Shown: positions 1-59,160 of the stretch, one piece after another
Layout: every line of letters starts with the position of its first letter
Numbering within the stretch: position 1 is the first letter of the stretch
Source of the DNA: Callorhinchus milii
Lineage: Eukaryota
Assembly (NCBI RefSeq): GCF_018977255.1
Contig: NW_024704743.1
Coordinates: 9,178,001 to 9,242,000 of the forward strand
DNA: 64,000 bases
Direction of reading: 5' to 3'
Translations under genes and position numbers: made by a program
The notes under the pieces: model-generated
The model's database searches: none
Seen by the model: the letters and a program-made list of their open reading frames with translations, nothing else
What the model was told of the DNA's origin: nothing

Positions 1-420
1 CATAGTTTTGAGTAATGACATGTTAATTTCAGACAAGAGCTCGGTTTAATGTCAAATCCAAAGGTCAAATACTTGTTCTTGTTCCTCCTCGCTGCCCGCT
101 CAAACCAGTCGTTATACAAATGTAATTTGTTGTTGTTGTCAGACTTTTTAAATACCTGTTTAGAAAGTTCACCATCGAAATAATAATGATCCTTGCATTT
201 GATACAGAACTTTATCACGTCTTCAAGAAGTCTCAGAGCGCTTCACAGAATACACTGTAAAGTGAACTGACCGTATATTTTGAGCAAAAGAACTGCTATT
301 TGCCTGCTGCCCAACGCCACTCCAATTCCGACAGCAAAAGAGAACAGGAGAAATAAAGCTACTGTCAGGTATAATACACGGCTTTGCTGGAACCATAAGT
401 GCACTTTACACATTATGTGT

Positions 421-640
421 AATAATAATCCCTCCAAAACCAATACCAAAACCAATAATAAAATTGGTCATTTTTAATCTACGACTGTTTGTGGGACATT
501 GCTGTGCGCAATTGGCTGCCGCGTTCGCCCACAAATATACAGTCAATTCACTTTACAGTGTGTTCTGTGAAGCGCTTTGGGACGTCCTTCCGACGTGAAA
601 AGCGCTATATCAAATGCAAGGATTATTTATTATTATTATA
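421..640 (+). mobile_element. Young SINE, 5'-truncated
   Basis: Near-identical to the 3' two-thirds of the copy at 26729; ends tcaaatgcaagg(att)n. Confidence 0.9.
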
Positions 641-765
641 CGTATAAAATTGACAGAACAGATATTGGTGGCCAACATGGGAAGCATTAAGATTCAGTCC
701 ACTTCACCATTAATTTTCACCACCTCCTTTTCCGTTTATTTTCCTCTTCCAGTTAAGTGTGAATA

Positions 766-1077
766 TAATAATAATAATCCTTGCATTTTGATATAGCACT
801 TTTCAAGTCTTCTAGACGTCTCAAACCGCTTCACAGAATATACTGTAAAGTGAATTGACTGTATATTTGTGGGCGAAACGCGGCTGCCAATTGTGCACAG
901 CAGTGTCCCACAAACAGTCATGGATTGAAAATGACCAAAATATTATTGTTTTGTTTTTTGGAGGGATTATTATTAGGCTCTGTGTGGAGTAAGGATTTCG
1001 CCCAAGGTTTCGCCCTGCCTGGAATTGAACTCAGGTCTCTCACTTGCAAGGCAAGTGCTCTAACCACTGAGCTACAG
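766..1077 (-). mobile_element. Young tRNA-derived SINE, full-length short variant
   Basis: Reverse complement has head ctgtagctcagtggttagagcac...gagttcaattcc (Pol III A/B boxes) and an (att)n tail. Confidence 0.9.
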
Positions 1078-1674
1078 TGATCTACCACAATGAAGATCGT
1101 TGAAGAGCAGAGAACCCAGAGTCCTCTGCTCTTCATTTTTATTTTTCTCCTTGCTTCCTTCCTTCTATTGACTACTTTCTATTGTGTCATTCCCATATCA
1201 GTTTCCTTCCGTCTGTATTTCCATTGTTTCTTTTCTTGGTTATTACTCTCAATGGTTTACCATTTTCCAATTATTCTGTCATCAGTTTCAATTGTATTTT
1301 TTTTCCTGTTCTGTTGGTCTCAGTTTTTTTTCTTTCTATCTTCACTCCTGTCCATATGTAAAAGAATACAAATCTAAACGGGGAGAAATTCCACCTGGGT
1401 CTAGATTTAAGGTAGTATTTTGGAGCCTCCAGAATTTGGCTTAAATACAGCATCACCACCTTGTATTTATATAGCGCCCTTCACACACAGGGTATGTCTT
1501 GGAGTGCTTTACAGGGTTTACAGGTTGGACACCAAGCAACAAAGAAGGGAGGTGGCCATGGACTTCATTCTGAAGTTATCTTTTTCTACGTTTATTTAAA
1601 GAATTACAGAAACTGGCTTCAAAGTTAAGACGGAAATCAAGATGTGCAAAATTCTGGACATTCTAACATATAGA

Positions 1675-2220
1675 ATAATAATAATAATCCTTGCATTTGA
1701 TAGAGTGGAAAAGGAGGTGGTAAAAATTAATGGTGAAGTGGACTGAATCTTAATGCTTCCCAAGTTGACCACCAATATCTGTTCTGTCACTTTTATATGC
1801 AATGTGTAAAGTGCACTTGTGGTTCCAGCAAAGCCATGTATTATACCTGACGGTAGCTTTATTTCTCCTTTTCTCTCTTGCTGTCGGAATTGAAGTGGCA
1901 TTGGGCAGCAGGCAGATAGCAGCTTTTTTGCTCAAAATATACAGTCAATTCATGTAGGGAAGATTGTCTTAACAGCATTTACTGTAAAGTGGAGTGACTG
2001 TATTTTGTAAACGAACCAGCAGCCGATTTGTGCACACCACTGTCCTATAAACAACCATGAAGTGAATGACCAATTTAATATGGGGGAGTTGTTGGCCAGG
2101 ACACTGGGAGAAACTCCCTTTCCTTTTCAAATAGCGCAATGGGATCTTTAACATTCATCTGAACACGCAGATAGGACCTTGATTTAACATCTCATCCGAA
2201 GGACAGCAGCTCCAACATGC
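1675..2220 (-). mobile_element. DeuSINE (SacSINE1-like), interrupted by an inverted duplication at 1707-1952
   Basis: Deu-type core on the minus strand (ccttcggatgagatgttaaa...aagatcccattgcgctatttgaaaagg...gtgtcctggccaac); the tail is split by the insert. Confidence 0.7.
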
Positions 2221-2559
2221 AGAGTCAGCATAGACTGTGAGCCAGTGAATAAATCTAGAACTGGATGCAATTTATCTCACATACATTTTCACTGTAATTC
2301 AGCTTAAATAACACCTGGTTATTTTACAGAACACAATTTACATAGACTCCAGGAAGAATCAAGGGTTTCCTGGTTCCAACATACTGTGTAGTAAGCAGCT
2401 GTTGTTGCAATGCAATCAGCAAAGCCACTGGTTTTAATACATTTAAATTTCATGATTTTTTTATTCAATTAAGTAATGTTGTAGTTATTATACCTTCAAC
2501 TGTAATTTAAGTTAAGCTTTTAAAATATCCTCTGTAATGGGTCAGTTTTATTTACAAGA

Positions 2560-3350
2560 ACAATAATTTCCATTTATATGGCACCATTCACATCGGGACG
2601 ATATCTCAAAGTGCTTCACGTAGCTAACTGGGATCTTGAGTTGGGCAGGGTGCGGGGTGGGGAAGTGGGGAGTATTAAGGTAGTGGGGAGGAAAAGTGGA
2701 TGAAAGTGTGGTCAAAAAGATGTGTCTTAAGGTGGGGAGGGAAGGGAGAAAGACTCTATGAGAGATTCCACAAAACGGATGCAGATTGGCTGAATCGGCA
2801 GAACAGTGCAGTGGGGCAGGAGTGGGTCATAAAGCCAATCAGTGTTTGCTGAGCAGAGGGGGTAGCAGAAGCAGTATGGTTGCAGTAGGTCACAGAAGTA
2901 CGGTGAATTGAAACCACAGAGGGATTTAGAGGAGAGGACAAGGATCTTGAATTCATTCTGCTGGGGAATGGGGAGCCTCTAGTGGAGCTGAGGTGAGGAT
3001 GGGGCCAATAGACTTGTGGAGCCAGATTCAGGAGAGGACTCAGGCGGTAGAGTTCTAGAGTTTGTGTAGAGAGGAGTTGGAACTTGCTATGAACATCAAG
3101 CTTGGAGGTGATGAAGATGTAACTGAGGGTCTAGGCAGCCCAAGGGAATAGGAAATGGTGAATGCGGGCATTGATGGGAAGGTGAGTGGAAAGCGGAGTG
3201 ATGAGTATAGACATCTTGTTTGTATGGTTCAGAGTGAAGCCGAGGTTCTTCACAGACTCCATGAGGTGGAGTCCGCCTCCGTGCATTGAGTTGCATAAAG
3301 TTAGAACTCATCCAGGACTTGACAGGCAATCAATCAGAACAGCAATGATC
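2560..3350 (-). mobile_element. Degenerate L2 LINE 3' fragment
   Basis: Minus-strand remnant KSWMSSNFMQLN (L2-type RT) plus an L2 3' tail. Confidence 0.7.
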
Positions 3351-3359
3351 CTGCAATCG

Positions 3360-3745
3360 AGTCTAGTCTAGGCTGATACTCTAATGCAGTAATGGGGTTG
3401 TGCTGCATTGTTGGAGGTGCCACCTTTCAGATGAGATGTTAAAACTGAGGGCCTATCTGGCTGTTCAGATGGACGTTAAATAAACCATTATTCAAAAAAG
3501 GTACTATTCAAAGAGTAAGGGGAGTTTCTCCTAGTGTCTGGGACAACAATCCTCCAAATATAATGATTATTAACTTTGTGGCTGTTGGTGGGATGTTGCT
3601 GTGTGAAAAATGGTTGCTGGGATTCTCCTACAAAGTCACTACACTTTACAGCATACCCTGTAAAGCACTTTGCAGCATACCCTGTAAAGCACTTTGCGAC
3701 ATTCTCCAGATGTGAAAGATGATGTATCAAATGTATTCTTATTAT
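3360..3745 (+). mobile_element. DeuSINE (SacSINE1-like)
   Basis: tagtctaggctgat...gctgcattgttggaggtgccacctttcagatgagatgttaaa...gggagtttctcctagtgtc; has an internal 24-bp tandem duplication at about 3642-3696. Confidence 0.75.
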
Positions 3746-5242
3746 TAAATAGACCTAATCCACAAGGGGAAAATCAAATGCGAGGTTACTTGGGCTTCAT
3801 GTACAATGGAGTCAATTAGTGCATAATACAAAAGCTCCCCATAAAGAGATAACTCCTCCTTCCCTGTCCCTCCACTCATCCTATCTCAATTTACTATCAA
3901 CAAAAGAGTTGCCTTACAGGCAGCTATCTCAGGTTAAAAGGTAAGCATGTGTGCATACTCCTGATATCAGATATTAACAATAGGAAGAAGACCAGGGGTG
4001 GCAGGACTAAAAGGCTGGGAATGCTATTCAGCCAGTTTTCTGTGCAGCTCAAGACTATTTCCATGGCAACAAACAGTCACAGCAGACAACTCTGGTCATT
4101 ACTATGGAAATAATGCTCTGCAATCTACCAATGATACACCCTCAGTGAATTTGTGTGATCGGCACGATCCTCTCTTACAATAATAATTTGTAAATGAAGG
4201 TGTTTTGCAGCCAATTTATTTTTTTGTTATCCAGCAGCTTCTCTCGTCGATCGGAATTGTTCAACAGCAAACGGGATTACCAGATCACAATTACATTCCT
4301 TCAAATTTCTACTGCTGGAGCTGACTCAGCAATAACACAGTAAACTGTAATCCGGCAAGAATGGAAGAAATTAAAACACAGGCACTAAATTATACTAAAC
4401 CCCCTCATGTCACTTTCATAGCACTCCTCCCAGCTCGTTAAGTGCTCTGAGACACTACCTTGCATGGAGGGCAAATTCCTTTTTCCTGGGAGGCAATGTT
4501 AAATTCCTTTTTCCTGGGAGACAATTTACGTCATCTTGGAAACTCCCATTTATATAGTGCTTCTTATACAAAAACAAACGTCTCAGAAAGCCTTACAATA
4601 TTATGGAGTGGTCCCATTATAACCCACTTCACTGGGGTGCGAGTTCCCTTATAATGCAATTGAACTGTGGACCCCATTCACTGTACATTCTCCATCACAA
4701 GTATGTAGCTGGTCCCCACGCTTCTCGGCCTTTAGCCCACAAAATCACTACACTTTACACTATAGCTGTATGTGAAGTACATTGAGCCATGATAAGGCAG
4801 TATATCAAAAACAAGGATTATTGTTATTGTTATTCTCATGATTGCGCTGGCTCTCCATGCTAAAATGGATGATTTCCGGGTCATTTGGTCACCTCCCACA
4901 TCACTTCCTGCTTTGCTACTCATGTGCAAAGCAGGAAGTAAAATTGGAAGGGTTTTAATAATCCAGACACTTTAACTTTCTGGGCCATGAAAAAAAGTTG
5001 TTAGCTTTCAGTTCAGGAGTCACCAAGATCATAACTTCTTGCTTTGCACATGTGCAGAAAACAGGATGTTGGCTGAGACACAATGAACCAGAACTCAGAC
5101 ATTTTTTCTTTTAACATGGGAACTAGGCGGTGAGCAGGAAATTTAATTGGTTGCATGTTTACGTAGTAAGACCCATTATCTCATCTTGAACCAAGATCCC
5201 GCCTGCATGTTCGGGAGGCTATTAAGGATCGCATGGCACGAT

Positions 5243-5590
5243 TTACAACAACAACAAAATTAAATTTTTATAGCGCCTTTCATGTTGGGAGGACATCCCA
5301 AGACGATGGACAGACAGAGTTTTGGACCCGAGCTGGGGGTCGGGATCAGAGAGGGTGAAGGGCAGGGGGGGAGCAGGGAGGTCAAAAGCACATTCGAAGA
5401 AGAGGGTCTTGAGATGGGTCTTGAATGAGACAAGGGAGGGGACGAGGTGGAGGGACTGTTGGATGGAGTTCCAAAGGGTGGGAGCAGAGTGGCAGAAGGC
5501 CCACCTGCCAATAGTGGAGCGAGTGAGGTGGGGTATGTGAAGCACCCTGGAGCCCGCTGAGCGGAGGGAGCGAGCAGGATAGTAGGGTGT
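5243..5590 (-). mobile_element. L2 LINE 3' end
   Basis: Translation PARSLRS...AFCHSAPTLWNS...FKTHLKTLFF is the typical L2 ORF2 C-terminus, followed by a (ttg)n tail. Confidence 0.85.
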
Positions 5591-7849
5591 TAAAGAGAAG
5601 GGAGCTCCCCCCTGTGTCCTGGCCAACAATCCCCAGATAAAATTGGTCATTCATTTCACGGCTATTTGTAGGACATTGCTGTGCACAAACTGGCTGCTGC
5701 GTTCACACAGTCACAACCATTCATAGTAATTCCAGTGAAGCACCTTGAGATGTTTCAACGACATGATAAGGCACATCGTTGACACCAACATCATTACAAG
5801 GCACCTTGTATTTGTATTATCAAATACAAGGATTACGAAGGCTGAATTCAATAATCTTTCAACAAAATTCTGGAGCCTCTGAAATGCATCTGGACCCAGG
5901 TGGAATGTCTACCCTCCTGTCTACTCAGATCTCTTCCTGCTTTTGGGTCATCAATACTTAAACATTCTGCTGGGAAACCCAACTTCATTAAAATTTTAGA
6001 TCATTCCCCCGGCAGCACAGCATCAACTCTACTTGAAAAGTTCAGGCATCTTCATCCTCCACTTAAATAAAAAAAAGGGAAGTGTCAGCACGGGCTTGCT
6101 TCAAAGTGGCAGGTGCGGGCAGCAAACAGCCTGTGCCCCACAGTGCCCCAAATGGCTTAGGTACAGAATAGATACCACAGCAGAATATGCACTCCACAAG
6201 TTAGGCAAGTAGAGAGATAGAGTAGAGAGATACAGTAAAAGATGTGATATTCTAATAACAGCAAATAACATTTGTTTCATGTTGGAGAACATCCCAAAGC
6301 ACTGGATAATAAAAATAATAAGTCATAATAATCTTCTTTACATTTGATATATAAAGATTATTATTATGGCATTATTTTTATGTAAAGATTATTATTGATT
6401 TATTATTATGTAAAGATTATTATTATGACTAATACTGTGCCTTATCACATCGTTGAAATGTCTCAAAGTGTTTCACAGAATATACTGTAACTGAATTGAC
6501 TGTATACTTTGTGGGCAAATGGAGAGAGAGAAGATAATAATAATAATCATCCTTGCATTTGATATAGAGCCGTAATACGTTGTTGAGACGTCTCAAAGCG
6601 CTCTACAGAATAAATACTAAAGTATGGTGACTGTGTATTTTGTGGGTGAAACGTGGCAGCCAATTGCACAGCAGTGTACCACAAACAAATTATTTATACA
6701 CTCCTAGTATATATGAGGAGATGATCTCAGGGCATCCACCACAATGCAAAAGCTGAGAAATTCAGATTCAAAAATTAAAACATTCGCTCCCGACACACCT
6801 AGTGCTGCTCACATCTGGGAATCCTGTTCTGGGTTAGCATTGCAGTGCGCATTAATGGGATGCCAGTGACAGCTTCTTCAAAGCGGATCTGGGAAATCCT
6901 TGCAGTTCTGCAGATACCCAGATGTTCTTTGTTTTTCTTTTTAAGAGGAAATAGGAAACGCAGGAATAAAAAGTGGCAAGTGAGGGAACTGATGAGGCTT
7001 AATAGTTTGTCAGACCAAGACAGAAAATGTAAAAAAAGACTCTTAGATTTTGCCAACTGCTTCCAGTGCACAGCAGCTCCATCCTGTGATAATTGATCAC
7101 TGTCCTCAGATTAGAAGAGATCAACCCATAAAAGCTTAAATGCGCTCATGGCATCTCATTTGACGACTCCAGTTACTTGTCTTCTAAAAATAATGGGCAA
7201 CGTACAGGTGTTCTGGTGATGTTCTGAGAACATCTAATACAGCTTTTCTCTATGGTTGCAATTAATTGCAATCCCCATGAGTGAGCTTCATTCCGTACCT
7301 TCCTGAAATTCATCATAATGGCAAAATAACAGCATAATCATTTCTAAAGTTTATACGTTCACATCTTGCAGCAAATCCATTTGGGAGACACACAGTAATG
7401 ATTCCAAGCTAAAGTGGGAGCAGTGTAACATGCTTCCTCTTCTGGGATTTGGCTACTTATACCGTGACTTAATGAGGATCCGAGTACAAAATCCTGCAAT
7501 TTTAATTGAGGAATGCCAGACTTTGTGCGCAACATTATGGAGGAGCACGTATAGAAGCTGTCAGATAGAATCGTTGCATGAAGAGTCCCTGGACAAAACC
7601 CCAGGCTTTAAACTCCGAGTATCAGTTACATCGATTCAGTCCATTGCAAGGAATAATTCAAATCAAATAAAAAAATCTGCCTAAATAATATTTCAAATGA
7701 AACCACTGTACCGAGGAGATGAAAGCCTTGAGAGGGAAAAAAACACACCACTTCACAAGGTTTTGCAAATGAAACTCACTTTCCCTTGCCGTAATGTTTT
7801 CCTGGCCGATAATTATAACAGCAATCTATAAATTTGGCTTAGAGTCTTT

Positions 7850-8362
7850 GATGTTGGGAGGATATCTGAAAGGGTTTCACAGGACATACTGTAAAGTTTA
7901 GTGACTGTGTATTTTGTAGATGAACACATTAGCCAATTTGCACAGGGCTTTGTCCCAAACAAAACCATGAAGTGAATGATCAATTTTATCAAGGAGATAA
8001 TTGGCCAGGATACTGGGAAATATTTTCTTCTCTTTTCAGATAGTGCCATGGGATATTTCATATCCACCTGCTCAGATAGACAGGACAAAGAGTGCAGCAT
8101 TGCACAACAGTGTCAGTTTACTACTATGAGTGAGCTTCATTCCATGCCTTCCTGAAATTTATCATAATGGCAAAATAACAGCATAAAAATTTCTAAAGTT
8201 TATATGTTCAGATCTTGCAGCAAATCTTAGGAAACACACAATAATGATTCTGGGCTACTTTGGAGCACTGTATCATGCTTCCCAACGTGAGGATTGAATC
8301 CACAACCTTCTGACTGACTCTGAGGAGAGAGAGAGAGAGCTGCCAACTGAGCAAGACTGACA
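7850..8362 (-). mobile_element. DeuSINE interrupted by a 157-bp local duplication (8126-8282)
   Basis: Deu core at 7850-8125; head remnant (gaatccacaaccttctgact...ccaactgagcaagactgaca) resumes after 8283. Confidence 0.65.
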
Positions 8363-9477
8363 CCAATAAGAAGTAGTCAGACAGAAATCCTGACACCGAA
8401 AAGCTCAAGGCTTACGAAGCACCAGCACTTATCACACGCTTGCAACACCACACACTTTAATCCCAAAACATTAATCTAAATCCACTCGTCATTTCGAACA
8501 CATGATGCCCATAATCTCCGAATCTAAATTGCCACAAAAAAGCAAATTATTTTGAAGCAGATCTCAAGAATAACTGACATCTGTTTTGTTAATTACAGGA
8601 CAGCTTGTGAATCGCATTAGTGCATTATGGAGACTGTGAATTCAACATTGGCTCCATTTACTGTCTCTTAGGAAACATGTGCTCAACCCAACACATATAC
8701 AGAGGGAGAACGTGTCACGACCAGCAGTGAGATTGGATACGTATCTCTGCAAGCAAGACTCGCAGATAGATGCAAGTTCCAGGGATATGGGGAAAAAACA
8801 GATAAATGGGACTGATTGGACTGCTCTTCAAAAGAGCCAGCACAGGCACAATTGGTTGAGTAGCCTTTCTCTGTGCTGCAGGTTTCTATAATTTCCTATG
8901 CCTCGATTATTGAAGAGGTTTACTATGTCTCTGCATCAGCCAGGACGTTGGAGACTTTCAACTGGGTTTTTAATGAACTTAAGAAAATCAACTGGACAAA
9001 GCAAGACACAATCACTCTGCCATTGTACTCATGCAAGACGAGACAGCGCTCACTCGTGCGATTTCTTCACACTAGTTTTCACGAGTATCAAAAGAGAATC
9101 TGCAACACAAACAGAAGACCAAGCGGCCGAACAGATCTGTAGCTACCAGCTCCCTCTCCAGTCGAATGCCATTGCCCTGCTCTTTAACCATCCCCTTCAA
9201 TGGGAGTTTTATTTAAGTATTTTCCAATTCCTTCCTCAGCTTCAACAGCCACTTGTGGTAAAACATTCCATGTTCTAACAGCCCTCAGCATTACAAAAAA
9301 AACTTTTTATCTTCTGTTACAATTCTTGCCAACAGCGGGGTCATTGTGACGCACTCCCCATTACTTCAATATTTATTAGCTTTTATACCAATTTAAATAG
9401 ACAAATACAAACACTTTATTTACACTGATTTGTTCAAACACTACAAAGAACAATCAGTTATCCAGAGACAACATTTA

Positions 9478-57062
<47,585 letters not shown>

Positions 57063-58509
57063 CTATTTATCAGCATGGGGGATATAACCACTCACCCTAT
57101 GCCTGCACCCAGCTGGGTACCCAATGAACTGGAACTCCTCACCCTGATTCAAAATAATCTGCAATGACAGCTCTCCTTAATGACTAACTTTGTAAACCAC
57201 TTTATACAATACCTCCCATGGTGCCATGTCAGATTTCAACACTCCTGGCAGAATAGAGGCATTAAACACTCCATTTTATTTGCCTTTTCTTCTTTTGTTT
57301 TTGAAATTCACAAAGTCAAATGCGATTACATATTCAATTACAAAACATCAGAAAACACGGAGTTTATATTAAGCAGCCATTGTATGCATTATTGTTAGGC
57401 AGCCATTGTCTATTAATCGGCCAAGTGGACGCTTAGTTCAAGATGGACGTCAAAGGGAGCAATGTATTCCGCCCCCAAGCTGATTTTGTTTCCTCCCCAG
57501 GGTTGAAATCTTGTCAACTTTCCCCTTAGCTTGTTCTGATTTAATAAGTGAACAGTGTTTGAGCCTTGCTTTTGGACTTCAATCTCAGTGATCGACGCAT
57601 GCCCATCAAGCTTACAACAACAATCCTTGTCTTTTACAAAGCGCAGTTAGGAGGACATCTCAAAGCACTTCACAAGATAGTGTAGGTGACTGTAAAGTGT
57701 AGCGACTGTATTTTGTAGGCGAACCAAGCAGCAATGCAGACAGTCATATTCCTGCTAAATCAATCTGTTTATAATAATCAACAAGCTACCTCGACTATTT
57801 CCAATAGGATACTCTCCATTCAACTCTTCATGTGAATGGAGTAAACAACACACTGTTCGCTCATACTATCAAGCACTGCGTTCTGCGTTTCCTGATAGGA
57901 AATCCCACAGGACAGAACAATAGGTTTGTTACCGCTCCCAACAACACATTATTCAGCCTAATATACAATATGAATTGGGGCAAATATAAAAATACTACGT
58001 TGGCAACTACCAGACTGAACATTTTAACTTGAGCCATCATAAATTGGCCTAGAATATGACCATCGTCAATTTAGAGAGCTCTGTTTCTTCTCAAAAATTT
58101 GTTTCCAGCAGTGGGGGTGGCGAGGAGGAGAGCATTGATTTTGCTGCTTCAGCTCAAACGCACAATGTTAGTTTCTCTGTGGACACATCTATTATTTTAT
58201 ATTATTATATTATGCATTTCTCACACAAAATAGTCAATTCACTTTCCAGTAATATTCTGTGAAGCGCTTTGAGACGTCTCAACAAGGTGATAAGGTGCTA
58301 TGTGAAATACAAGGATTATTATTATTATCATCGATTTGTTGCTAACTTTCATGCCATCAAGGTGAGCAATAAAGATACTAGGGTTAATTAAGCAAGATTT
58401 CTTATTAAGATGCCTTAATAAGAAATCCCATTAGTATTCCAGTTAGCCTGCAGGAATGTTGCTCCAGAGGTAGATTGTGTTGGGAGTGGATTTCCTGAGG
58501 ATATTTCTG

Positions 58510-59160
58510 GTTACCTAACAAGAACAAAATTACATTTGTATCATGTCGGGAGGACGTCCCAAGGCGCTGGACAGTTAGTGTTTCAAACCTGAGCTGGGGG
58601 TTGGAATTGGGAAGGGTGGAGGGCAGGAGGGGAAGCAGGGTGATCAAAAGCATGGTTGAAGAGGAGGGTCCTGAGATGGGTCTTGAAGGAGGCAAGGGTG
58701 GAGGCGGGCGAGGCAAAGAGACTGCGGGATGGAATTCCAGAGGGTGGGGCACAGTGGCAGAAGGCCTGCCCGCCAATGGTGGGTCGGGCGAGGCAGGGGA
58801 CATGAAGCAGGCTGGAGCTCGCTCAACGGAGAGAGCGGGCAGGATTGTACGGGGTTAAGGAGGTCGCAAAGTTAGGGGGGAGCAAGGCCATGGAGGGGTT
58901 TGAAGGTGAGGACCAGGATCTTGAATTGTATCCTCTGTGTGATGGGAAGCCAGTAGTCGGGCGAGGATGGGGGTAATAGGGTCACGGAGCCTGGTGCAGG
59001 AATTGACACAGGCTGCAGAGTTCTGGATGAACTGCAGCCTATGGAAGAGTTGAGGAGGTCGACAAGCAAGTTGTTTGCATAGGCAAGCCTGGATTTTATG
59101 AATGCGTGTTTGAGGGTTCCGACGACCTGCGATGTGAGACAGTGCCGGAGCCGGGCAATA
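58510..59160 (-). mobile_element. L2 LINE 3' fragment
   Basis: HAFIKSRLAYANNLL, LQFIQNSAA, WLPITQRIQFKILVLTFKPLHGLAP and an L2 tail. Confidence 0.87.

Noticed and set aside
1090..1459. Hydrophobic Phe/Leu-rich ORFs
   Set aside because: Low-complexity T-rich sequence with no splice or homology support.
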